DNA of 64,000 bases from an uncultured delta proteobacterium (GCA_963790475.1 CAWBOS010000010.1:768001-832000), one strand, 5' to 3'. Counted from the first letter of the stretch, positions 51,158 through 60,933 are shown. Program-made: numbers and translations. The notes: a model not told the origin generated them from the sequence alone.

Positions 51158-53431
51158 ATGAAAAATTTCAGAACCACGGCCGCGGACAGCGACATTTCCA
51201 TCATCAACACTGGATGCTGCCATGACTGCGGCGGCCGATGCGTGCTCAAGGCCCATGTTAAAGACGGCAAAATTATCCGCTTCGAATCCGATACCGGGAG
51301 AGCGCCCCAGATCCGGGCCTGCCTGCGTGGCCGGGCTTACCGCCAGCGTCTTTATTCGTCCGACCGTTTGAAATATCCGATGCGCCGTATCGGGGAACGG
51401 GGACAGGGAAAATTTGAACGGATCACCTGGGACCAAGCCCTGGACACGGTGGCGGAGAATCTGAATAGAATCAAGGCGACCTACGGGAATTCGGCTATCC
51501 TATTTTTACCGGGCGCCGGTAACCAGGGCCTGCTCCACGGCCCGACGGCACCGGGTATGCTCCTGCAGGAGTTCGGCGGTTTCACCCGTTTCTGGGGCGC
51601 CCCTTCCTATGAAGGTGCCCTTTTCGCTTCCATGGCCACTTATGGCACCATTCGCACCGGCCACTCCCGCCAAGACCTGATGAACAGCCGTTTGATCATT
51701 CTATGGGGCTGGAATCCGGCCAACACGATCTGGGACCCGGAAACCAGTCTGTCCCTGGCCAAAGCCCGGGAAAACGGGGCCCGTTTAGTGGCCGTCGATC
51801 CCCGCTATACCGATTCGGTGTCTACCTTTGCCGACCAATGGATCCCCATCCGGCCCGGTACGGATGCGGCCATGCTCATTGCCATGGCTTATGTCATCAT
51901 CAAAGAACATCTCCAAGACCAGCCCTTTATAGATAAGGTTACCCAGGGTTTTGATCAATATAAAGATTACCTTCTGGGAAAGACAGACGGGGAGCCCAAG
52001 ACGCCCGAGTGGGCTGAATCCATTACCAAGGTCCCGGCCCAGGTCATCACCGATCTGGCGCGCGCTTATGCCACTCAAAAACCGGCGGCCCTGATTGCCG
52101 GCTGGGGACCGGCCAGGTCCGCGATGGGCGAGCAGTATTCGCGCAGCGCTGCCGTGTTGTGCGCCCTGACGGGCAATATCGGCATTCCCGGTGGGTATGC
52201 CGCCGGATTCATGCGGGCCTATTCCAGCCGGGAAACCGGTCATCTGCAGAAAAAAGATACCAACCTGCAGGTCGACAAGTCCAAAGGCATTCCCTCAGCC
52301 AATCCGGTTGAAGACGGGGCCAAGCCACGGCCCAACAGCCTATATAAGTTGAGCGGGGGCACCAACGCTACCAGCGCCCGGATTCATCAATGTAAAATTT
52401 GGGAGGCCATCCTGCACGGCCGGAAAGGAGGATATCCGGCTGATCTGAAGATGGCCTACATCGTAGCCAGCAACTGCCTCAACCAGTATCCCAACAGCAA
52501 TCGCGGAGCCCAGGCCCTCAAATCGCTCGAGTTCGTTGTTGTCCATGAACAGTTTATGACCGCCACGGCCCGCTTCGCCGATATCCTTCTGCCGGTCAAT
52601 ACCTTCATGGAACGGGAGGATATTGCCCCTCCCTGGCTTGGATCGCCCTATTATCTCTATCTGAATAAAGCGGTTGATTCACTTTATGAATCCAAATCCG
52701 ATCTTGAAATCTGCCGAATGCTGGCCCCACGCATCGGCGTATCCCCTGATTTTTTTAGTCAGTCCGATGAGGCCATTTTGCGGATGTTTACCTCCCGCCG
52801 AAAGGACATTAAAGACTTCGACCTCCTGAAAAAGGACGGCGTAACGAAAATCCGTCTCTCTGAACCGGTTGTCGCCTTTAAGGACCAAATCGCCGACCCG
52901 CAGCACCATCCTTTTCCCACCCTGTCCGGAAAAATAGAGATCGCCTGTGACCATCTGGCGGAAATGAATAATCCGCGTATTCCTTCCATCCCCAAATATC
53001 TGAGCCACCCTGAGCACTATGATGCACCTCTGGCGCAAAAATATCCGTTGCAGCTCCTGACCACCCACTCCAAGATCCGCACCCATTCCACCCTGGAAAA
53101 GGTCCCCTGGCTCAAAGAACTGGAAGGTCAGGGCGCCTGGATCAATCCCCTCGACGCACTACCCAGAAAGATCAAAAATGGAGATCGGATCGATATTTTT
53201 AATGATCGGGGAAGGATTCGTACCTCCGCTTATGTGACCGAACGCATCATGCCGGGCGTGGTCAATGTCTGCCAGGGAGCCTGGTACAACCCGGACGAGG
53301 CGGGCGTCGATATCGGAGGCTGCGCCAACACGCTGACTTGTGACGAACCTTCCCCCGGAGGGGCTCTCCCGATGAACAGCGCTCTAGTTCAAATGGAACT
53401 TTCTCCCCGCAGTCAAGAGAAGGAAAAGTAA
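51158..53431 (+). CDS. Molybdopterin oxidoreductase catalytic subunit (DmsA-like, no Tat signal)
   Basis: CCHDCGGRC..C, RLKYPMRR, ITWDQALD, WGWNPANT, IRPGTDAA, TARFADILLP, RTHST. Confidence 0.92.
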   Translation: MKNFRTTAADSDISIINTGCCHDCGGRCVLKAHVKDGKIIRFESDTGRAPQIRACLRGRAYRQRLYSSDRLKYPMRRIGERGQGKFERITWDQALDTVAENLNRIKATYGNSAILFLPGAGNQGLLHGPTAPGMLLQEFGGFTRFWGAPSYEGALFASMATYGTIRTGHSRQDLMNSRLIILWGWNPANTIWDPETSLSLAKARENGARLVAVDPRYTDSVSTFADQWIPIRPGTDAAMLIAMAYVIIKEHLQDQPFIDKVTQGFDQYKDYLLGKTDGEPKTPEWAESITKVPAQVITDLARAYATQKPAALIAGWGPARSAMGEQYSRSAAVLCALTGNIGIPGGYAAGFMRAYSSRETGHLQKKDTNLQVDKSKGIPSANPVEDGAKPRPNSLYKLSGGTNATSARIHQCKIWEAILHGRKGGYPADLKMAYIVASNCLNQYPNSNRGAQALKSLEFVVVHEQFMTATARFADILLPVNTFMEREDIAPPWLGSPYYLYLNKAVDSLYESKSDLEICRMLAPRIGVSPDFFSQSDEAILRMFTSRRKDIKDFDLLKKDGVTKIRLSEPVVAFKDQIADPQHHPFPTLSGKIEIACDHLAEMNNPRIPSIPKYLSHPEHYDAPLAQKYPLQLLTTHSKIRTHSTLEKVPWLKELEGQGAWINPLDALPRKIKNGDRIDIFNDRGRIRTSAYVTERIMPGVVNVCQGAWYNPDEAGVDIGGCANTLTCDEPSPGGALPMNSALVQMELSPRSQEKEK

Positions 53432-54000
53432 TGGCTCAGATGGGCATCTATTTCGACCAGACCCGTTGTACCGGCTGTTACACCTGTGTGGTAGCCTGTA
53501 AAGATTGGTACGACCTTGACACCGGCCCGGTGAATTATATGCGTGTCCGGGCTATCGAAAAGGGGACCTTTCCGGATCTTTTTGCTGCCTACCTGGCCTC
53601 ACCTTGCTACCATTGCCTCAAGCCGCCCTGTGTTCAGGTCTGCCCGGCCCAGGCGATTTCCAAAAGAAGCGGAGACGGTATCGTCGTGGTGGATTCAGAT
53701 CGATGCCTGGGCAAAGACGAATGCCCTGAAAAATGTCTGAAGGCCTGTCCCTGGAAGGCTCCCCAATTTGGACCGCAAGCGAATGCAAAAATGCAGAAAT
53801 GCGAATTGTGCCTGGAACGCCTGGAAGAGGGCCGGCAGCCCATCTGTGTGGAAGCCTGCCCCATGTTCGCCCTGGAGGTCGGGCCGTTGGATGAACTCCG
53901 CCGGAAATATGGTGAAATCACGGAAGCTGAAGGATTCAAAACCCTCAAACGATTTGGGCCTGCGGTGGTATTCAAGCCGAAAAAAGACTTATCCGTTTAG
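53431..54000 (+). CDS. 4Fe-4S electron-transfer subunit (DmsB-like)
   Basis: CTGCYTCVVAC, CYHCLKPPC, KCELC, PICVEACP. Confidence 0.92.
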   Translation: MAQMGIYFDQTRCTGCYTCVVACKDWYDLDTGPVNYMRVRAIEKGTFPDLFAAYLASPCYHCLKPPCVQVCPAQAISKRSGDGIVVVDSDRCLGKDECPEKCLKACPWKAPQFGPQANAKMQKCELCLERLEEGRQPICVEACPMFALEVGPLDELRRKYGEITEAEGFKTLKRFGPAVVFKPKKDLSV

Positions 54001-54198
54001 TCCAACCGGAAGAACTCAGACCCAGTATCTCCCAACCTTTACTCTAGCATATTAAGTGTCCTGAACAGAAGTTGGGTTGACGGATTGTGTCAAAAAAACC
54101 CTTCTTGCGACTTCACCTACAAGTCTTGTTCTGGAATGGTTCGGAGATTTAACGATTATCGTTTGAAGGGGCATAGAAAAAGCAGGGCCATTTCTGAC

Positions 54199-54385
54199 GA
54201 GCCGATAGCTTAACGTGTTGATAATACCGTTATGATATAACATTAAAGCCTATAATTATAAATAGTTAAATCATTGCCATTTGTAAGAAGATAATTTCTC
54301 AGAAAGAAAAAGCCTCTAACTCAAAAGAATTAGAGGCTTTTCGAATCATTGCAAATCCGTTTTCAACACGTTAAGCTATCGGGTC
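54199..54385. mobile_element. 187-bp MITE with 23-bp TIRs and 12-bp target duplication
   Basis: TIRs GAGCCGATAGCTTAACGTGTTGA / TCAACACGTTAAGCTATCGGGTC (22/23). GCCATTTCTGAC occurs at 54187-54198 and 54386-54397. Confidence 0.85.
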
Positions 54386-54486
54386 GCCATTTCTGACCCT
54401 GCTTTCGTCCAGCTTACCAGATATTGATTTACGTTTTAACCTCGTGCTTGTAAGGAAGAACGGAGTGGGTCTCAAGTATTTCTTGT

Positions 54487-54678
54487 CTATTTATTAATAC
54501 TTACTGGAATAAAATAAATGTCTTTAACACTTACATCATGACCAAAAACTTTTTCTGCCCAACCCATGACTGATTCCCGGGTAATTCTGGAAGGATTCTT
54601 TCTTCTTTCCTCCAGAACTCCAAGCAACTCTTCTATTTTTGTTACCGGGTTACTCCTGTAAAATTCATATGCGATCAT
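54487..54678 (-). CDS. Small hypothetical protein
   Basis: MIAYEFY...LLGVLEERRKNPSRIT; protein-like composition, co-oriented with neighbours. Confidence 0.55.
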   Translation of the reverse strand: MIAYEFYRSNPVTKIEELLGVLEERRKNPSRITRESVMGWAEKVFGHDVSVKDIYFIPVSINK

Positions 54679-54864
54679 TTCTGATTTCTCTCAATCTGGT
54701 TAATAGATATTAAACCTTAAAAAAGAGCAGACCCTCTCTTCTCTGCTTCTTTTAATAAAAGCTTTTTTGTCCGCCTCCAATTTTTAAACCAAAAAGATCC
54801 ATAAAATCATATGCCTTTATGTTTTCACCAATTTCATATTTAGTGTTATAGAAGAAAACTTCGG

Positions 54865-55641
54865 CTAAGCAACCCTCTTTTTCCCCAGCGCCCTTAACGG
54901 GGTCAATATCTTATTCTCTAGGGGGACCCTTAAAAAAACAGGGTATCCATTTCCATTTGTCTGGATGGCTTTTTTTTCTTTGGGCAGTCGCAAGGGCACC
55001 TCCTTACCCGCTTGCTTTAATGAGTTGGAGGATGCTTCCAGGATGGCTACCACCCTCAATCCGTCATTTCCGTCGGATGGAGGATGAATCTCTTCTTTTA
55101 TACATTCCAAAAAGGTATCACACTGTTTCCTGAGGGGTTCATATTCGTCAATTCTTGGGCTATCAGTATCTCCTGACCGGTAGGCGAAATGGAACTCAGC
55201 AAAGGTATCATAATAAGGGGGTATTTCCAACCCCTTGTCATATATCTTTATCTTTTCCTGCAATTTCATGTCATCGTAAACCAACATCTTCCTTGTTCCG
55301 ACAATTGTTGTCTCCCGGATTTTTTTCGGATCAAGCCAACTGTTATGTATAAAGGCTATTAAGCCATTATTGAAGTTGAGCGAGGTGATCGCCACATCTT
55401 CAATATCAGATTTATAATGCGCTTTCCCTTGGCAGTTGACCGAAACCGGAAATTCGCCCAGGACATAAAGAATGATGGATATATCGTGGGGGGCAAGATC
55501 CCAAACCACATTGATATCCTTTTGAAGGAGTCCCAAGTTTGTATGGGTACAACTAACATAGAGTATCTTCCCCAATTCCCCACTTTCGATGATCTCTTTA
55601 ATCTTGTTTACAGCGGCTGTATATTCAAAGGTGTGGCCCAC
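54865..55641 (-). pseudogene. Gfo/Idh/MocA oxidoreductase lacking its N-terminal Rossmann domain
   Basis: Starts at VGHTFEY; GELGKI, VVWDLAPHDISI, SWLDPKK; no GxGxxG or EKP upstream. Confidence 0.75.
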
Positions 55642-55792
55642 TTTCGTTACCTATCGCAATGTTAATCGCCTCTTCACCGGAATTCGCTGTGATGACTTTG
55701 TAGCCGAAACTCTTGATCCTCTCCTTCTCGACCACCTCGATAAAAATCTCGTCTTCAACGAGAAGAATGGTTTTCTGTTCCTGGGTGCTCAT
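55625..55792 (-). pseudogene. N-terminal fragment of a response-regulator receiver domain
   Basis: Manual translation MSTQEQKTILLVEDEIFIEVVEKERIKSFGYKVITANSGEEAINIAIGNE...; ends before the phospho-Asp. Confidence 0.7.
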
Positions 55793-56378
55793 GGTTATTT
55801 TTCCGTTTCAAAAAGGCTCTTCCCGTTGGTTGCCAATATACTTTTTTCACATAATCTTTTTACTGTTAAAATCTAAAAAAGTCAAGATAAAACTCAACAT
55901 ATGGTATGTTTTTTATATTCGCTACAAGATATAGGTCAATCCATCCAAGGCCTGGCTGATCTTATCGGATTCGGATAATTCGAAGGGAAACCATCCCAGG
56001 ACTTGGCTCAGTCAAAAGATTTGGAATAGAAATCCGTCGACATTTTGTCATGAGACCGTCAATAACTTCACAAACCCGTTCATCGCTTCGGCAAGAAGGA
56101 AGAGGTCTTTTCTAAAGGTTTTTTTAGGGATTAATCGAGTTAGTCTCTTAGGGGAACGATGGCAGACTACTTGCTTTTTGAAAGCCTTGAGATCTCTTGC
56201 CGTTTCTAAGGCCAAGAAATATCAAGACCCTTTTATCGACGATTACGATTTGAACTCTTGTCTTTTTCCAAAAATTGGATTTAGAGGACTTCAGGAAGCT
56301 ATACGTACTAAAGTCTGATTTTCTTATTGAAGTTAATGGGTTAGGTACTGTTTAAAATTTCATAGTTTAGTTCTTTTG

Positions 56379-57266
56379 TCAAGGATTATTTGGGTTGCCA
56401 GCCGTTTGTAGCCTGATCACCTCCATGGCCTTGAAGTAGTCTCTCTGCACTTTCAGGTTTGATATCCGGCAGTACCGTTGCGTGGTTTTCACATTGCTAT
56501 GACCCAAGAGATCCTGGATGGTGCAGAGATCGGCATCAGCGTTGAGCAGCTGGGTGGCCATGGTGTGTCGAAGATGATGACAGGACACCTTGAGCTTCGC
56601 TTGGCGGCCATAATATTCCATGCGCCTCTGAATGCCACGAATGGAAATGGGCTGTCCCTTACAGGGAGCCTTTTCCGCCAGAAAGATCCTACTGGCTCTG
56701 GATAGAGGCCTCACCCTCAGATAGGCGGTCAGGGCCTGAAGGGCATCATGACTCATATAGACGACCCGGTCTTTTCCACCCTTGCCGTCTTCCACCAGGA
56801 TGGTCCTGCGCTTGACGTCGATGACGCCTATGGTGAGATGGGCGACTTCTTCCACCCGTAACCCGCATCTAAGCATAAGCATGAACATGGCCCGGTCGCG
56901 GGCCCCCTTGATGGCCTGGAAGAAGGTCTCCACCTGTTCATCTCTCAGGTGCCGGGGAAGGGGCCTGGACATCTTCTGGAAGTGATGCTTCCTGATGGGA
57001 TTGGTGATGGTCAGACCTTCTTCCTCCCGCAGATAATGGTAGAACTGGCGGATGCCGTTTAAGTGACAGTTGACTGTCTTGGGCGCCAGTCTCTTCCTCA
57101 TCAGATGCTCAATGTAGCGGGAGACGACCGCAGAGGTAACCTCCTCCACCGGCACATCCAACCAGATGACAAAGTGTTTAATGAGGTTCAGATAGTTCTT
57201 CAGGCAATGGGGCGAACAGTTCCTTCGCTTCAAAAATCGCCGCCAGTTCAGGATCGCATCGATCAT
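56379..57266 (-). CDS. Tyrosine recombinase (XerC/D-like)
   Basis: CGLRVEE, GKGGKDR, HHLRH, LLGH, TQRY catalytic set. Confidence 0.93.
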   Translation of the reverse strand: MIDAILNWRRFLKRRNCSPHCLKNYLNLIKHFVIWLDVPVEEVTSAVVSRYIEHLMRKRLAPKTVNCHLNGIRQFYHYLREEEGLTITNPIRKHHFQKMSRPLPRHLRDEQVETFFQAIKGARDRAMFMLMLRCGLRVEEVAHLTIGVIDVKRRTILVEDGKGGKDRVVYMSHDALQALTAYLRVRPLSRASRIFLAEKAPCKGQPISIRGIQRRMEYYGRQAKLKVSCHHLRHTMATQLLNADADLCTIQDLLGHSNVKTTQRYCRISNLKVQRDYFKAMEVIRLQTAGNPNNP

Positions 57267-58317
57267 GACTCTTCCTCCTCTCGATCTTCGACATGGCCTT
57301 AAAATACTCCTCCTCCCGGGTCTTATCGGTCAACCGGGCATAACGTCGCGTCTCCTCGATGCTCCGGTGTCCCAGCAATACCTGGAGGCACTCCAGACGC
57401 ATGCCGGCGTTGAGCAACTCCGTGGCAAAGGTGTGACGCAGGGTATGCAGGGAATATCCCTTGCCCTCTAATCCCGCTTTGGATATATATCGCAGAAAGA
57501 TGATCCGGGCGGTGCTGTAACACAAAGTCTCGACGTTCTTCCCATAGAACAGGTACTCCTCTCCGGGATTCCTCTTCTTCAACCACTTCCGCAGGGCTAT
57601 AACTGCATCGTCGCTGAGATAGACCACCCTCCCCAGGCGGTTCTTCTCCCCTTCGTAAATCTCTATCTTCCGCTCCTGGAGATGGACGTCGGTCATCTTG
57701 GTCTGAAGCAACTCGCCGATCCGCAGGCCAGTCCGCAACAAGACCAGGATCAAAGCTCGGTCACGGATATCATGAATAACGGAAAGCAGCTTCTGCAGAT
57801 CGTCAGGATCCATGGCCCGCGGCAGCCGCTCCGGTAACTGCAACCGTATCCTCCGACTGCGGAATATATCCCCAGAAACGATCCCTTCCTCCACCAGATA
57901 GCGGAGAAAGGCCTGCACACTCACCAGCCTGGTCCTGATCGTCGTTATCTTAATCCCCCGGTCCTGCTCTCGCTCGATAAAGGCCTCTACATCACTTCGG
58001 GTAATGGCTTCAAAGCCTTTGCCGGTGTCCCGTATCAGTCCCAGAAAAAGAACGAGGGTGCCAAACCGACTGTACAGGGTTCTCGGTCGGCGATTGCCGT
58101 GAGTTAAGTGGCGAAGATAGGCGGCTACCTGATCTCTCCCCGGGAGGTCCATTCCGGCCAACCGTTTCAAAATCTTTCCGAGCGCTTCTAAACTTCCTTC
58201 AAGATGGGAGGTGAATCGTAACCGCGTCTGATAGTAACGGGGTGGGGTTGGGGTGGGACTCTTAAAATGATCTGAAGTTATATCTGCCTTCTGTATATCA
58301 CTATATAGGCTCGTCAT
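57178..58317 (-). CDS. Tyrosine recombinase (XerC/D-like) with N-terminal extension
   Basis: TGLRIGE, HTLRH, LLGH, TRRY; RBS AAGGAG. Confidence 0.92.
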   Translation of the reverse strand: MTSLYSDIQKADITSDHFKSPTPTPPRYYQTRLRFTSHLEGSLEALGKILKRLAGMDLPGRDQVAAYLRHLTHGNRRPRTLYSRFGTLVLFLGLIRDTGKGFEAITRSDVEAFIEREQDRGIKITTIRTRLVSVQAFLRYLVEEGIVSGDIFRSRRIRLQLPERLPRAMDPDDLQKLLSVIHDIRDRALILVLLRTGLRIGELLQTKMTDVHLQERKIEIYEGEKNRLGRVVYLSDDAVIALRKWLKKRNPGEEYLFYGKNVETLCYSTARIIFLRYISKAGLEGKGYSLHTLRHTFATELLNAGMRLECLQVLLGHRSIEETRRYARLTDKTREEEYFKAMSKIERRKSHDRCDPELAAIFEAKELFAPLPEELSEPH

Positions 58318-58519
58318 CTCTGTCTCCTTTTCTTAAATCAATAAGAAAATCAGACAGATGATGATCAAAATCTCCTTATCTGTCAATCATCACTTTGGTA
58401 CGTATAGCAGGAAGAAACGTTGCCATCAAACTTGACATCGTCCGTATAGTCGTATCCTGATTTTTACATATTAAGGTCTCATAATAGTCTTGACCTAAAA
58501 CTAAAGAGCTCGCATATCC

Positions 58520-59221
58520 CTATGATTTGGGTGGAAGGGTGATTTTCCGGTAATACGAATTGGAAAGATAGATGGCGGCCAGGGGGTTGTGGCCGGTCAC
58601 CCGGTCCTTGACCGCCAGGACCGTTGTGGGGGCCTTGGCATATTTGAAAAAAAGGGAATCATGGCCGACACACAGACCCAGGAGGACATTGAATTCCGTC
58701 TTGGCCTTGTTCAGGACCTTGGCCTGATAGATGGGATTGCACATGGCCTCATCCGTACCCTGGAAAATTTTTTCCTTATCTTTGACCCCGATTTTTTCCT
58801 TGGAAATTCGTCCGGCCTTGCAGACCACCGAGATCACTTCGAACCCCTGTGATTTGAAAATCCTTTCCACGGCTTTGGCCTCTTGGACCAGGCCGATACA
58901 AAAAGCCAATCCCAGGCGCTTATAACCCATCTTTTGGGCAAACTCGCAGATTTCCACGATGCGGGTCTTGGTGGGCTGCAGAACATAAGGCCGTTGGTGG
59001 CGATTGGCATAACATTCCCCCTCCTGGATGGAGGCCTGTCGGGCAAACTCTTTGGTCTGCGGGTTCTCATATTCCTTTAGGGCCTCGATTAAACTATTTT
59101 CTTTCAGCAGGGTAGGGCAGCCCTTGGAGCCGATTCCATCCGAAGAAAAGCAGATTCTCTTCGGGGTGATGATTTCACAGGAGGCACAGGAGGGGAGGGG
59201 AGTATCTTTTTTTATAGTCAT
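58520..59221 (-). CDS. DUF1847-like Cys-rich protein
   Basis: CASC, LGLAFCIGL, VVCKAG, MCNPI, GLCVGHD, KDRVTGHNP. Confidence 0.8.
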   Translation of the reverse strand: MTIKKDTPLPSCASCEIITPKRICFSSDGIGSKGCPTLLKENSLIEALKEYENPQTKEFARQASIQEGECYANRHQRPYVLQPTKTRIVEICEFAQKMGYKRLGLAFCIGLVQEAKAVERIFKSQGFEVISVVCKAGRISKEKIGVKDKEKIFQGTDEAMCNPIYQAKVLNKAKTEFNVLLGLCVGHDSLFFKYAKAPTTVLAVKDRVTGHNPLAAIYLSNSYYRKITLPPKS

Positions 59222-59499
59222 GACGGATTCCTTTCCTAATTTTGATCGCTTAATATTTCTTCTTACAATGGCACCTGTTGTTTGTCGTCCAGTGAAAAAA
59301 GATGTTGTGACAAGAAGTTTGCGTTTGATTGTTGGGTAAATTTATTCATTTAAATATGCTTCAATCAGTTTCCCGAGTCCATTTAAACGAACTTGAAAAT
59401 CCTCGGCCTTCATGGCGCTGATTATTGATTTCCCCTTATCCGAAATTGAGATGAATGAATGAATGAAAGTCAATTCACATAAATTGGATTCAATTTCCC

Positions 59500-59868
59500 T
59501 CATTTCGCTGCCCCTTTGGGCGATATTGAAGGGCCTGGTTGAGCGGCCTGTGCCGCGATTTCCGCGAGAGTCCGGGCCACGGCATCCACGTGGGTCGTGG
59601 TCAGGGCGTGGGTGGCCTTTTCGATCTGCAGGAGCGAGCCGGACGGCGCATAAGCGGCAATGACCTGCGCTATCCGGTGCGTCATCTCAGGGCTTCTCCG
59701 GCCAACGATCGTGACGACCGGCATGGACAACCGGCGGAACGACTCAGGCGTATAGCGTTCCCGCCAGGACTTGGCGTTGCCGGGGGAACCATGAATGAGT
59801 AAGGCCACAGGGCCGGCCCCATAATCTTCATAACTTACCTTACGGCCGTCTCTATCGAGTATAGGCAT
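59500..59868 (-). pseudogene. Alpha/beta hydrolase with internal in-frame deletion
   Basis: N-terminal YEDYGAGP.ALLIHG joined directly to C-terminal MPVVTIVG...ATH; no GxSxG. Confidence 0.7.
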
Positions 59869-59881
59869 GATAAATTACTCC

Positions 59882-59978
59882 TTCTAACGTTAAATGAGGC
59901 CTGGACCATGGCACGTGGTTTGCGGGGTCGAAGGCCCATGCAGACATAAGACATCGGTGTCCAATGACATGATTGGGC
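59882..59978 (-). other. Degenerate attC-like site
   Basis: On the minus strand, GCCCAAT lies just after a stop codon and GTTAGAA ~97 bp later, directly before an RBS/ATG; internal pairing is imperfect. Confidence 0.4.
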
Positions 59979-59981
59979 GAC

Positions 59982-60168
59982 TCATTTACAGGCCAGAATC
60001 ACCTCAGAGGGAAACAACATCTGTTGATGGTACTCCCTGGTTTCGACTTTGAAGCCATGTTGCTGCGATTTTGTCGTACACGGCTCCAATTCTGTCCTGC
60101 GCTACTCTCGCATCCAGTATCTTTTTTTCACCATGGCCGAAAGTGAAGCCGCAACATGAACATACCAT
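59982..60168 (-). pseudogene. Internally deleted gene remnant (probably a methyltransferase)
   Basis: MVCSCCG...DRIGAVYDKIA, then out-of-frame HGFKVETREYHQQMLFPSEVILACK-stop; preceded by GCGTTAGG and an RBS. Confidence 0.45.
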
Positions 60169-60189
60169 TCTCCTATTTCCTCCTAACGC

Positions 60190-60840
60190 CTATTTTTTCC
60201 TGAGGGTCACTCGAAATAACTTTCTTGGAAGGCCCCCTTCTTCAAATTCATCGACACTGATTATCTCGTAGCCCTTGGCGAGATGTTCCACTTTTTCCCG
60301 GTTGAGAAAGTGAACGATAAATCCCCCGACCTCATACAGGTCCTCACCTCGGTGAGTTCCCGTCTGATAGTGGACATCTCTTATGTTCCTGACGGTGTAA
60401 ATATGGAGTCCATTTGGCCGCAAGACCCGTCTAATCTCTCCGGAAAGAAACTCAAGCTCTGACGTTTTAAGGGCCATGCAGTAGAGCATATGCGAATAAC
60501 ACGCGTCAAAAGATTCGTTCTCAAAAGGGAGGGGGTCGCGTACATCATGCTGAAGTGCGGTTATGAAACCAGATAAATTCAGGTTCTCTGCTTTGTCGGT
60601 AATCGCCCTGACTGCACTGTCGGAATAGTCGAGCGTGTAGACTTGGAAGCCCTTTTGGGCAAAGAAAAGTGTATCCCGCCCCTGTCCGCCGCCCAGTTCA
60701 AGAATCTTAGTTTTGCCTTCTTTCTTGAACATTTCGACAGCGATCTTAGCCGGGTTGCTGGGTTCAGTGCCAAAAATGTCGGGCTTCTCCCCAAACGTCT
60801 TCTCCCAGTGTTGGCGCTGGGCATTCAAGGGCTCTTTCAT
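60190..60840 (-). CDS. Class I SAM-dependent methyltransferase
   Basis: ILELGGGQGRD, LDYS, LPFENESFD, RVLRPNG. Confidence 0.9.
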   Translation of the reverse strand: MKEPLNAQRQHWEKTFGEKPDIFGTEPSNPAKIAVEMFKKEGKTKILELGGGQGRDTLFFAQKGFQVYTLDYSDSAVRAITDKAENLNLSGFITALQHDVRDPLPFENESFDACYSHMLYCMALKTSELEFLSGEIRRVLRPNGLHIYTVRNIRDVHYQTGTHRGEDLYEVGGFIVHFLNREKVEHLAKGYEIISVDEFEEGGLPRKLFRVTLRKK

Positions 60841-60876
60841 TTCGATTGCCGTTTTATCTATTGTACCCATTTTCAA

Positions 60877-60901
60877 GTGTCCGTCAAACTGGGGAGGTTC
60901 A
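60877..60901 (-). mobile_element. Isolated IS3-family-like terminal inverted repeat
   Basis: Minus strand TGAACCTCCCCAGTTTGACGGACAC resembles IS3-family TG...CA ends; no transposase nearby. Confidence 0.5.
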
Positions 60902-60933
60902 GGTTAACCCCTATGTTCCTTTTATTAAGCCAG

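Larger units (their letters stand above)
56299..58407 (-). mobile_element. 2109-bp element encoding two tyrosine recombinases, with bipartite TIRs and 7-bp flanking direct repeat
   Basis: CTATACGTACTAAAGT (56299) / ACTTTGGTACGTATAG (58392-58407); inner 18-bp IR 56313-56330 / 58338-58355; CAGGAAG at 56292-56298 and 58408-58414. Confidence 0.85.

Noticed and set aside
56379-58317. Chromosomal xerC/xerD or integron integrase
   Set aside because: The pair is bounded by its own TIRs and direct repeats, and neither protein shows the IntI-specific insertion before the HxxR motif.
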